DNA from: Candidatus Thorarchaeota archaeon
GTDB lineage: Archaea > Asgardarchaeota > Thorarchaeia > Thorarchaeales > Thorarchaeaceae
DNA length: 39,150 nt
Direction: 5' to 3'
NCBI GenBank assembly: GCA_048882385.1
Contig: JBHLRQ010000021.1
Coordinates: forward strand, 1 to 39,150
The position numbers and the translations under genes are program-made. Below, piece by piece: positions 9,410 through 18,238 of the stretch. Positions within the stretch are counted from its first letter, which is position 1. Every line of letters begins with the position of its first letter. The notes beneath the pieces are model-generated. The model saw only the letters and a program-made list of their open reading frames with translations. It did no database searches and had not been told where the DNA came from.

Positions 9410-10238
9410 AATGGGTGACTATAGTACTGAAACAATCAGCCACATTGATCGTGCCTTTATATCTGACCTACTTCGAAAAGGTGAACGTCTCGATGGCCGT
9501 GGATTTAGCGAGTATCGTGAACTTGAGATAGAAGCGAATGTCGTTCCAGCAAAAGCTGAGGGCTCTGCTCTTGTAAGACTTGGTGACACAAGTGTTGTGG
9601 CTGGAGTAAAAGTTTTAGTTGGAGAACCTTATCCCGATTCTCCAGATGAAGGAGTAACCATGGTAACAGCTGAGATGTCTCCAATAGCATCACCGTTGTT
9701 CGAACTTGGACCTCCCAAAGAAGATGCAATAGAACTTGCGAGAGTCGTTGATCGCGGAGTACGGGAATCTGAAACCGTTGATGCCAAAAAACTCTGCATC
9801 AGGGAAGGAAAGAAAGTCTACATGGTTTTTGCAGATGTCTATCCATTGGAGTATGATGGCAATCTCATAGATGCGTCATCCATTGCAGTCAATACGGCGT
9901 TACTTACAACAAAATATCCTGAGATGAAATGGGAAGATGACAAACTTGTAGAAACTGGTGAGATGGTACATTTGCCTATTAACAATGTAGCCATTGAGCA
10001 CACAGTTACCAAGATTGATGATAATCTCATTATCGACCCTATCTTGAAGGAGGAGTTTGTACAGGACTGCAGACTTACAATGGCTGTGGACAGAGAGAAC
10101 AACTTCACTGCTATGCAGAAGGGTGGTGGAGCTGGTCCCATATCTATGGAACTTGTTGAAAGAGCAATGGAGATGGCTTTAGAGTCTGCAGCTGCTATTC
10201 GAGAGAAAATCGAAGAAGCTGCAAATTCCGTAGAGTAG
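9402..10238 (+). CDS. rrp42: Exosome subunit Rrp42
   Basis: RLDGRGFSEYR, AEGSALVRLGDT, ELARVVDRGVRES, DGNLIDA, AMQKGG. Start 9402 or 9411. Confidence 0.96.
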   Translation: MNRMGDYSTETISHIDRAFISDLLRKGERLDGRGFSEYRELEIEANVVPAKAEGSALVRLGDTSVVAGVKVLVGEPYPDSPDEGVTMVTAEMSPIASPLFELGPPKEDAIELARVVDRGVRESETVDAKKLCIREGKKVYMVFADVYPLEYDGNLIDASSIAVNTALLTTKYPEMKWEDDKLVETGEMVHLPINNVAIEHTVTKIDDNLIIDPILKEEFVQDCRLTMAVDRENNFTAMQKGGGAGPISMELVERAMEMALESAAAIREKIEEAANSVE

Positions 10239-10247
10239 ATTCGAATC

Positions 10248-10273
10248 GATGACCAGGGCTTATTCTGGTCATC
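10248..10273. terminator. Stem-loop downstream of rrp42 (terminator or processing/stability hairpin)
   Basis: GATGACCAG-ggcttatt-CTGGTCATC, a perfect 9-bp stem 10 nt after the stop codon; no U-tract follows. Confidence 0.45.
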
Positions 10274-10389
10274 TAATTCATACTTACGGATAGATAAGAT
10301 AATAAGAGAAACCGTTGGGCGACTGATAGGTTCCAGCAGCCTCGCACCCCTTTGTGGGATGAATAAATAATTACTAGGAGACCAAGAAC

Positions 10390-10797
10390 ATGGCACGAAC
10401 CAAAAAGGTTGGTAGCACTGGTAGATTCGGATCAAGGTACGGCGCAAAGCTGCGTCGAAGAGTACTTGACATAGAGCGGAGAAGACATGAACCGAATCGG
10501 TGTCCTGCGTGTGCTACTAAAGCATTGAAGAGACAGGCTGTTGGACTATGGAAATGCAGCAAGTGTGATCTGCTCTTTGCTGGTGGTGCCTATGTCCCAT
10601 ACACGGATGCAGGTAAGGCTGCGAAACGAGCAATTGCACAGAGAGTTTCAGGTGACTTTCTTGCTCTTCGCGATGATGAGGATATTGAAGAAGCTGTTGA
10701 TTTCCTTCCAAATGTCGAGAGAGAAGAAGAAATTGTCATTGATTCTGAAACTCTGGAATCAGAAGAAGCTGAAACTGCATCTGAACAAGAAGAGTAA
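10390..10797 (+). CDS. rpl37ae: 50S ribosomal protein L37Ae (eL43) with acidic C-terminal extension
   Basis: RTKKVGSTGRFGSRYG, CPAC..GLWKCSKC zinc ribbon, FAGGAY; about 45 extra acidic residues. Confidence 0.95.
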   Translation: MARTKKVGSTGRFGSRYGAKLRRRVLDIERRRHEPNRCPACATKALKRQAVGLWKCSKCDLLFAGGAYVPYTDAGKAAKRAIAQRVSGDFLALRDDEDIEEAVDFLPNVEREEEIVIDSETLESEEAETASEQEE

Positions 10798-10813
10798 CCA
10801 AGGCCGGACTATC

Positions 10814-11380
10814 TTGCCCAGTCTACTTATCACAACCTCTCGGAAGACATCCAATCGAGTACGATCTTTTGTACGTGACCTATGGACAGTTCTTCCAAAT
10901 ACAGAACGATTCAATCGGGGTGGAACGGGGCGTTCTGAAATCTCTGCACGTGTAAGACAGACTGGAGCAAACGCAGCACTCATTATTTCTATGTGGAAAG
11001 GAAATCCTAGTATTCTTAGTTTCATATCTTCCACCGAAGATGAACTAGCCTCTATAAAGATAGAAATGGCTATGCTTCGCCGTGAGGTAAATAAAACCAG
11101 GCCAAGAATCAAAGGTGTCATTGGAGTCTTCATTGAATCTAATAGTAATCACAAGACACGCAGTCTTGGAGAACTACTGTCTTCATTTCTAAATCTTGAG
11201 TTAGTTGAGGTTTCCCAATTAGATAAAATCTCGCAGGAACCTAGTCAATCCATCATTTGGTTACAGGATGCCCCTTCTGGAAAAGTTCTTTGGACTCATT
11301 ACCTTACAAAAGATGTAGTGGAGATTGGTCCTAGAATCAGAGTGACTTCTCTTCGAGGAGACAAAAATGATGCCCTCTAG
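10814..11380 (+). CDS. Brix/Imp4-domain ribosome biogenesis protein
   Basis: LLITTSRKTSNRVRSF, NRG, KGNP, GPRIRV. True start probably TTG 10814; the longer ORF overlaps rpl37ae. Confidence 0.88.
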   Translation: MPSLLITTSRKTSNRVRSFVRDLWTVLPNTERFNRGGTGRSEISARVRQTGANAALIISMWKGNPSILSFISSTEDELASIKIEMAMLRREVNKTRPRIKGVIGVFIESNSNHKTRSLGELLSSFLNLELVEVSQLDKISQEPSQSIIWLQDAPSGKVLWTHYLTKDVVEIGPRIRVTSLRGDKNDAL

Positions 11381-11627
11381 TCTTATGGGAGGAAAATCAA
11401 CAATAGAAATTCCACTTGATTCGAAGAAGACCGCAGAGTTGCTTCTAGCTGCTTTGAATCCAGAAACCAAGTCTGGTCCTTCCGACAGAGCCACAACAAG
11501 TGTTTCGATTCGAGATGCTATTCTAGTCATTGAAATTGTAGCGAATGACCTAACAGCAATGCGAGCTGCAATGAACTCGTACTTAGCATGGGTTTCTGCT
11601 TGTCTTCGGATGATAGAGATTTCTTGA
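11367..11627 (+). CDS. pcc1: KEOPS complex subunit Pcc1
   Basis: ALNPET..R..IVANDLTAMRAAMNSYLAWV matches Pcc1; canonical position. Start may be 11385. Confidence 0.9.
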   Translation: MMPSSLMGGKSTIEIPLDSKKTAELLLAALNPETKSGPSDRATTSVSIRDAILVIEIVANDLTAMRAAMNSYLAWVSACLRMIEIS

Positions 11628-11974
11628 TACATAATCTTACAGAATGATTGAAAGAATCTATTATTCCAAGAAGCTACTGAATATTATAAGTGACATAACT
11701 ATAATCAAAATGACGAAACATGTTAGACATATCTTTGAAAATTGGACCGAGTTGTTTCCAGTTTTACATCATAGTTTCGGTATTTCATTCCTAGGTCCGC
11801 CAAACTCCATTCCACCTCATTTTGACAAAAAATCTGATAGGTCATTAATAAACTTTCAAATGACAGCGAATGATTTACGAGCTGTTTAACTTGATGTCAT
11901 GCCAAAACAGTTAAGTCACATCTCAGAAGGCGCAGTCTGAAACGAGCCGTTTTGTGAAACGGAGTGAATCGATA

Positions 11975-12337
11975 ATGGCCCAAACTATACCCCCCGCATT
12001 GGAACAAGAACTACAGAAATTCGAAACAATGCGACGAAATCATGAAACGCTTTCAGCTATGTCTCAGACTCTTCAGGCAGAGCTGACCGAGGTTAAGGGA
12101 ACGCTTGAGGAATTAAAGAAACAACCTGATGACACAGTTACATACAAAGCTGTAGGACAAGTCATGTTCAAAGTCGAGAAACCTGCAGTTGTGGAGGAGC
12201 TAGAAGACCGAGAGAAAACAATAGAGATGAGACTGGCTTCTACAAAGAAACAGACCGAAAAACTTGCAGAGCAGCTTAAAGAACTTCAGACAAAGATTGA
12301 GCTGGAGCTCTCAAAACGTAATTTACGTCTTCAGTGA
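11975..12337 (+). CDS. pfdB: Prefoldin beta subunit
   Basis: Coiled coil-hairpin-coiled coil with VTYKAVGQVMFK; ATG 11975 follows GGAGTGA. Confidence 0.93.
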   Translation: MAQTIPPALEQELQKFETMRRNHETLSAMSQTLQAELTEVKGTLEELKKQPDDTVTYKAVGQVMFKVEKPAVVEELEDREKTIEMRLASTKKQTEKLAEQLKELQTKIELELSKRNLRLQ

Positions 12338-12645
12338 GAGAAATGAGTCCAGTACTGAGCATCGGACTTCCTGAAATCTCGGAGGAAGTCATTGAAAAAC
12401 TCACAGAAGATTGCGAGGCTCAGATTAGTGGTTTTATTGTGAAGATGATTCCCGAGAAAAGTATAGAGAGTATGTTCGTCAGCTGTACTCTCGAATTTGA
12501 GAATGGTCAGCTTGACCTCGACGTCCAGATTGAGCTAAGCCAGGTGTTCGATACTGGCCACTCACTTGACGATCTATTGCAGGACGCAACTGATTTCGGT
12601 GTAGAGTGGCTTGAGAAGCAGTTGACGGAGATGAAGGACAAATGA
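12334..12645 (+). CDS. DUF3194-like conserved archaeal protein
   Basis: IGLPEISEE N-terminus, acidic; sits between pfdB and DHH as in other archaea. Confidence 0.65.
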   Translation: MREMSPVLSIGLPEISEEVIEKLTEDCEAQISGFIVKMIPEKSIESMFVSCTLEFENGQLDLDVQIELSQVFDTGHSLDDLLQDATDFGVEWLEKQLTEMKDK

Positions 12646-13628
12646 ACCTTCGAGAACTTCTGAAAGATGTTACATCTCCTTTGATATTAGGTCATCAAAA
12701 TGCTGATCCCGATGCTGTATCAGCAATGATAGCTTTTGCTCGTCTCTATAGGAAAATAAATCCGCATGGCAATCCGTCCCTAGTAGCTGACGATAGCAGT
12801 AGATTGTCGAATCAAATCATCAATTTTTTTGCACCGGAAACTAAAATTCCAAACAATTCTGATATTTCACACGATTTCTATGTGTTAATAGATACGAACA
12901 GTCGATTCCAACTCGGTCCTGAGTTACAAGATATTTTAGTGGATCCTAACATAACATTAGTGATTGACCATCATGAGTTGAATCCAGAGATTAATGGTTT
13001 GGCAAAACACCAGATACTACGTAGCGATACGTCATCCACCTGTGAAATTATGGTTGATATTTTCAATGAAGTTGGGGTTGAAATTGACAGCGCCACAGCC
13101 AATCTACTATTGACTGGCATAATCTTTGATACAAGACGTTTCTTCTACGCTAACTCAGATACACTATCTGTAGCAATTAAGCTCATTGAATATGGAGCAG
13201 ATTACGAGGCTTGTGTGAGGTCTCTATTGATAAAACCGGACAGATCCGAGAGAATCGCCCGGCTCAAGGCTGCAGCACGAGTAAAGGTTCATCTGGTTGG
13301 AGATTGGATTGTTGCGATTTCTAAAATCAATGCTTTTGAAGCAAGTGCGTGCCGTGGTCTCATTGAACTTGGTGCTGATGTAGCCATTATTGGAGGAAGT
13401 CCAAGAAAAAATACTGTCCGCATTAGCTCAAGGAGCACTCGAGATTTCTTCGAGAACACCGGGATTAACCTTGGAACTCATGTTATGGAGCCCATTGGAA
13501 CAATAATTGAGGGCGAGGGTGGTGGACATGCAAATGCTGCAGGTGCCAATGGAAAGAAAGACCTTGACAAGGCCTTAAAGAAATCACTAGAGATTATTAA
13601 GACTGCTATAGAAGGTGGTGCTGAGTAG
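12642..13628 (+). CDS. DHH family phosphoesterase (DHH + DHHA1)
   Basis: HQNADPDA, LIDT, IDHH, GIIFDT, GGGHANAAG. Confidence 0.93.
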   Translation: MNLRELLKDVTSPLILGHQNADPDAVSAMIAFARLYRKINPHGNPSLVADDSSRLSNQIINFFAPETKIPNNSDISHDFYVLIDTNSRFQLGPELQDILVDPNITLVIDHHELNPEINGLAKHQILRSDTSSTCEIMVDIFNEVGVEIDSATANLLLTGIIFDTRRFFYANSDTLSVAIKLIEYGADYEACVRSLLIKPDRSERIARLKAAARVKVHLVGDWIVAISKINAFEASACRGLIELGADVAIIGGSPRKNTVRISSRSTRDFFENTGINLGTHVMEPIGTIIEGEGGGHANAAGANGKKDLDKALKKSLEIIKTAIEGGAE

Positions 13629-13629
13629 G

Positions 13630-14475
13630 ATGCCCCTGATTGAATTCGCTGATTTCAGTTTCAAATATCTCGGAGCTGAAACATTAGCGCTAAGAAGGGT
13701 CAATCTCAAAATAGAACAGGGGGAGTATTTAGTAATAACTGGACCATCTGGTTGTGGAAAAACAACTTTCTGTCGAGCAATCAACGGATTGGTTCCACAG
13801 TTTCATCGTGGCTATATCGCAGGGCATGTCTATGTTGACGGAATGGACACGCGCGATCACAATGTTGCTCAATTAGCACCAACTGCTGGACTTGTGTTTC
13901 AAGAGCCTGAGAATCAGCTAGTGACATTAAATGTAGAGCGTGAGATAGCTTTTGGTCCTGAGAACCTTGGTGTAGAAGCTAGTGAGGTTCGCCGGAGAGT
14001 TGAAGAGCTAATTGAGATGTTTGACCTTGAGCATTTGAGGGATAAACATCCCCATGAGATGTCTGGTGGTGAACAACAGAGAGTTGCAATGGCTGCGACG
14101 CTTGCCCTCAAGCCCAAGATACTTGTTGCCGATGAGCCCACATCAAACCTAGATCCCCGAAGTGCTGTAACTATTCTTGAATTAGTGTCCGATTTGAACA
14201 AGAAACGCAACATGACGGTTGTTCTTGTTGAGCATCGATTGGATTTGGTGTCAAAGGATGCATCTCGTGTTGTACTGATGGACAAAGGTTGTATTGTGGC
14301 TGATGGAAATCCTCGTGAAGTCCTTACAATGGACCTCTGTCAGGATATTGGTGTTGGTATACCAAAAGCTACCCATTTGTATAAGCGATTGCGAAATCGA
14401 GGACTACCTCTCAACTCTGTGCCACTCACTGGAGAGGAACTAGCAAGACTGGTCCAGGAGGTCAGCAATAGATGA
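13630..14475 (+). CDS. ecfA1: ECF transporter ATPase component A
   Basis: GPSGCGKTT, VFQEPENQ, EIAFGPENLG, MSGGEQQR, DEPTSNLD. Start 13615 or 13630. Confidence 0.9.
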   Translation: MPLIEFADFSFKYLGAETLALRRVNLKIEQGEYLVITGPSGCGKTTFCRAINGLVPQFHRGYIAGHVYVDGMDTRDHNVAQLAPTAGLVFQEPENQLVTLNVEREIAFGPENLGVEASEVRRRVEELIEMFDLEHLRDKHPHEMSGGEQQRVAMAATLALKPKILVADEPTSNLDPRSAVTILELVSDLNKKRNMTVVLVEHRLDLVSKDASRVVLMDKGCIVADGNPREVLTMDLCQDIGVGIPKATHLYKRLRNRGLPLNSVPLTGEELARLVQEVSNR

Positions 14476-15296
14476 TCATTCTTGATAATGTCCATTTTGC
14501 ATATGATAGTATATACACAGCCCTTAATGGCATCTCTCTTCAGATTGATGATGGTGAAAGAATAGCAATAATGGGTAGCAATGGGGCTGGAAAGACAACT
14601 CTTGTTAAACATCTCAACGGGCTTCTCAGACCCGACATTGGTCGAGTCATTTTAGATGGTGTTGATACTAAGAATTATTCTGTTGCTGAGCTAGCGCGGG
14701 AGATTGGCTTGGTCATGCAGAACCCTGATCACCAATTATTCCTTGACAGTGTTGAAAGAGAGATTTTGTTCAGCCTTGAAAACCTCGGATATGACAAGGA
14801 AGAATCAAAAGATAGGTGTCAAAGGACTTTAGTCAATCTTGGTCTTGAAGGACTATCTGATCGTTCACCATTTACACTCTCAGGTGGAGAGAGAAAGCGC
14901 GTGGCTCTTGCTATGGTTCTTGCTACCGAACCGCGTGTACTATCATTGGATGAACCTACAATTGGACAAGATGCAAGACAAAAGGAAAATCTTGCAAGAA
15001 TGCTAAGTGAGCTAAACGAGAAGGGACGTACTGTCGTTGTTGTCACTCATGACATCGAGTTTGTCATTGAGAATTTCCCACGAACTGTTGCGATGGCCAA
15101 CGGATCTATTGTTGCTGATGGCCCAACGAATTCCGTTTTGAGTAATGATGCGGTGATTAAGGCGTGTTCTCTTACTCGTCCTCAACTAACTGAAACCGCA
15201 CAACAGCTCCACAGTGTATTTCCTGAAGTACAGCAGAGACTCACTTTGATGGATGAGTTAGAAGAGATTGTAGCTAAGATTCTAGGAGGTGTATGA
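14472..15296 (+). CDS. ecfA2: ECF transporter ATPase component A'
   Basis: GSNGAGKTT, QNPDHQLF, SPFTLSGGERKR, DEPTIGQD. Confidence 0.9.
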   Translation: MIILDNVHFAYDSIYTALNGISLQIDDGERIAIMGSNGAGKTTLVKHLNGLLRPDIGRVILDGVDTKNYSVAELAREIGLVMQNPDHQLFLDSVEREILFSLENLGYDKEESKDRCQRTLVNLGLEGLSDRSPFTLSGGERKRVALAMVLATEPRVLSLDEPTIGQDARQKENLARMLSELNEKGRTVVVVTHDIEFVIENFPRTVAMANGSIVADGPTNSVLSNDAVIKACSLTRPQLTETAQQLHSVFPEVQQRLTLMDELEEIVAKILGGV

Positions 15297-16068
15297 ACTG
15301 TCTTTTCTGGAGATTTTTCAATATACTCGCCAAGATTCACTAGTCCATCGTCTAGACCCGCGTGCAAAGATGTTCATGGCCATTGTCCTAGCTATCATTT
15401 CGTTACTATTTCTAGATATCATACCTCTTTTGATAATCTTCTTCTGTCTTGTTCCCATTCTTGGCGCAGCAAAATCACTCAAACGTTGGACCAAAAGTAT
15501 GCGTGGTCTATCGGTTCTTCTCATCTTCATTATTGTTTTCAATACATTACTTTCCACAGGGCCAAATCCATTCTCTCACTCACTTGCATTGACAATCAGA
15601 CTAGTAGCACTGATGACGTCATTCTCCATCTTCTTTCTGACAGTGCATCCTGAGGAATTATCACAAGCTTTGATTCAAATGCGTGTTAGATTCGAATTTG
15701 CATTTGCAATGAGTATGGCAATGAGATACGTCCCAACCCTAGGACATGAGGCTTATGCAATTATGGATGCGCAAAAAGCCAGAGGAGTAGAACTCGACAA
15801 AGGTAATCTGCTCAAACGCATTCGAAACATTGTTCCTATTATTGTACCCTTGATCATCGTATCAATCAGACGCGCACTATCTATTGCTGAAAGTATGGAA
15901 TCAAGAGGGTTCGGAGCGAGTGAAACTCGAACGTACATGTATACACTGTCTTTCAAGAAAAGGGACTGGGGTGTTGTAATTCTATCGCTCGTCGTACTAA
16001 TTCTTGTGATCTATATTCGCCTGTTTATTACTTTACCAAGCTGGATGCTCTGGCAGCTACCTTTCTAA
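15289..16068 (+). CDS. ecfT: ECF transporter transmembrane component T
   Basis: HRLDPRAK, RYVPTL, AQKARG and MESRGF (the two conserved xRG motifs). Confidence 0.92.
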   Translation: MYELSFLEIFQYTRQDSLVHRLDPRAKMFMAIVLAIISLLFLDIIPLLIIFFCLVPILGAAKSLKRWTKSMRGLSVLLIFIIVFNTLLSTGPNPFSHSLALTIRLVALMTSFSIFFLTVHPEELSQALIQMRVRFEFAFAMSMAMRYVPTLGHEAYAIMDAQKARGVELDKGNLLKRIRNIVPIIVPLIIVSIRRALSIAESMESRGFGASETRTYMYTLSFKKRDWGVVILSLVVLILVIYIRLFITLPSWMLWQLPF

Positions 16069-16113
16069 ATAGCAAATTCTTCATTAGGTAACTCTTGCCA
16101 TTGGAAAGATGAA

Positions 16114-17457
16114 TTGATTAGCACTGATAGAATCAAAAACTTGAACCAAAACGAGGTTCGGAAAGGGAACTATGTTCTTTATTGGATCCAGGCATCGCAG
16201 AGAACTGAATTTAATCATGCATTGGAATATGCAATCGACCAATCCAATGTTTACGATCAACCTGTTGTGACAGTTTTCTGCTTGCTTGATGAATATCCTA
16301 GTGCGAACATCTCACAGTATCGTTTCATGCTTGAGGGCTTATTAGAGGTGCGTGAATCACTAAAGAAGAGAGGAATTGGATTTGCGGTTCACCAAGCGGC
16401 TCCAACAAAAATAATTTCAGAACTCAGTGAAGACGCTTCATTGGTTATTGTCGACAGAGATTATCAACGTGAACAGAGAGAGTGGAGGACACAGGTGTCT
16501 GATTCTATCGATTGTCCTCTTGTTCAAATCGAGTCTAATGTTGTTATTCCCATTGAAACTGTCTCTCAGAAGGAGGAATACTCAGCTGGCACAATTAGAT
16601 CAAAAATCAGTAGACTGATTGATAATTATCTAGTCCCAGTACGAAAACGAAGAGTAAGAAACACATCTGATTCATCCAGTTTGGGAGGTGTTGATTTTCC
16701 TGACCTTGATTCAACATTGTCGAAAATTCGATATAAGAGTCCGAAGACTCAGAATATTCAATATCAAGGGGGGACAAGCTCAGCCAAGAGGCTACTAAAA
16801 TCGTTCATTCAAAACGACTTGGTAGTCTTTGATACACTTAGAAATGATCCAGCTGCGAATCGGCTCTCAAATATGAGTCCTTATCTTCATTTCGGACAAA
16901 TCTCTCCATTGTATATTGCACAAGAGGTAATGAAAGCAAATAGTCCCGGATCGGAAAGCTACTTGGAAGAACTCATCGTACGAAGGGAACTCAGCATGAA
17001 TTTTGTCTACTTCAACAGAAATTATGACAACATAGAATGTCTACCAAACTGGGCTAAGGAAACCCTTGATTTTCACGCAATAGACCCCAGAGAATACACT
17101 TACTCTCTGGAAGAACTTGAACAAGCCAAGACACATGACTCCTATTGGAATGCTGCACAGAAAGAGATGATGACTTTTGGAAAAATGCATGGATACATGA
17201 GGATGTATTGGGGAAAGAAAATCATTGAATGGAGTGACTCTCCAGAGGAAGCATATCAGGCATGTATCAGTCTAAATGATCGATATGAGCTTGATGGCAG
17301 GGATCCAAACGGATATGCTGGTGTAGCTTGGTGTTTCGGAAAACATGATAGAGCTTGGAAAGAGCGCGAAATCTTTGGTAAAGTTCGATACATGAATGCA
17401 AATGGGCTAAGAAGAAAATTCAATATTGAAAAATATGTGCAAAGGGTCAACGAATAG
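16114..17457 (+). CDS. phrB: Class II CPD DNA photolyase
   Basis: VLYW..QR..NHAL, SNMSPYLHFGQIS, EELIVRREL, MHGYMRMYWGKKIIEW, DGRDPNGY, FGKVRYM. Confidence 0.94.
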   Translation: MISTDRIKNLNQNEVRKGNYVLYWIQASQRTEFNHALEYAIDQSNVYDQPVVTVFCLLDEYPSANISQYRFMLEGLLEVRESLKKRGIGFAVHQAAPTKIISELSEDASLVIVDRDYQREQREWRTQVSDSIDCPLVQIESNVVIPIETVSQKEEYSAGTIRSKISRLIDNYLVPVRKRRVRNTSDSSSLGGVDFPDLDSTLSKIRYKSPKTQNIQYQGGTSSAKRLLKSFIQNDLVVFDTLRNDPAANRLSNMSPYLHFGQISPLYIAQEVMKANSPGSESYLEELIVRRELSMNFVYFNRNYDNIECLPNWAKETLDFHAIDPREYTYSLEELEQAKTHDSYWNAAQKEMMTFGKMHGYMRMYWGKKIIEWSDSPEEAYQACISLNDRYELDGRDPNGYAGVAWCFGKHDRAWKEREIFGKVRYMNANGLRRKFNIEKYVQRVNE

Positions 17458-17466
17458 TTTCTTTTT
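17458..17466 (+). terminator. Oligo-T archaeal terminator candidate
   Basis: TTTCTTTTT immediately after the photolyase stop codon. Confidence 0.4.
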
Positions 17467-17542
17467 ACCTTGAAGAGCTACACGCTGATATAATTTATCA
17501 ATCATAGTTGCAGATAACTAACATCGCAAGGGTGATGCTGCT

Positions 17543-18115
17543 GTGTCTACGAAGCTATCAATGAGGAAACAATACACGATAAAGGACCTCCTTACCGATC
17601 TGAAGAAAATTGAAGCTACGCCCAGTGTTATGTACGATGTTGGTTCTGAACTCATTTATCGTGAATTAGATTGGTGTATGAAAACTCTTGGCGAGGATCA
17701 TGAGGTCACAAAGAACCTTCAGGAGCTGATGCAGTTCATGCAGAGTGGTTATGAACAACAATTGGTCAGTGGAGAGCTCTGGAGAGTAAAAGACACACCA
17801 AAAGCAGCTATCAATGCGTTCATGCAAGAACAACCTGAGGAGTTTCTCAAATATCCGGTTGGCATATTGAGCGACCAGATACATGAGATTCTGAAGAAGG
17901 CACAGGAATCAAGAAAGCTTGAGATTAAGCAATACAAGAAGATGGTAAAGAACGTTCGAAAAGAGATCAAAGAGGACAAGGACAATCCCGATCTTTGGAA
18001 TAAACTTCGCCTTGTACTATGGATCGTAGGAAAATACAATGAATCCTCTGAAGCATTCAAGACTGCAAAGAGCCTTGGCTGGACAACTGATACTAATACA
18101 CTCGTTGCTATCTAG
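17543..18115 (+). CDS. Hypothetical helical protein with C-terminal TPR-like motif
   Basis: NPDLWNKLRLVLWIVGKYNESSEAFKTA resembles a TPR unit. Confidence 0.65.
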   Translation: MSTKLSMRKQYTIKDLLTDLKKIEATPSVMYDVGSELIYRELDWCMKTLGEDHEVTKNLQELMQFMQSGYEQQLVSGELWRVKDTPKAAINAFMQEQPEEFLKYPVGILSDQIHEILKKAQESRKLEIKQYKKMVKNVRKEIKEDKDNPDLWNKLRLVLWIVGKYNESSEAFKTAKSLGWTTDTNTLVAI

Positions 18116-18238
18116 TATTTCATGTTCAAATCCAACAACATGTATATGCGGCTCACATCTAAGTCCAAATGGGGATGAACCATAAATTCACCTGAAGACC
18201 AACTAAGTATTCTAAGCTTTGTTGGTTCTGCAAACTCA

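Noticed and set aside
9839-10447. 202-aa minus-strand ORF, and similar antisense ORFs such as 26037-26549 and 13914-14285
   Set aside because: Shadow frames of well-supported genes on the opposite strand.
10541-10813. N-terminal 91 aa of the 279-aa ORF 10541-11380
   Set aside because: Overlaps rpl37ae in another frame; Brix similarity starts only at about 10814.
11644-11889. 81-aa plus-strand ORF between pcc1 and pfdB
   Set aside because: No recognisable motif or SD; AT-rich intergenic composition; not RpoP (no zinc ribbon).
13630-16068. ECF module without a substrate-binding S component
   Set aside because: Normal for group II ECF transporters, which share S components encoded elsewhere.
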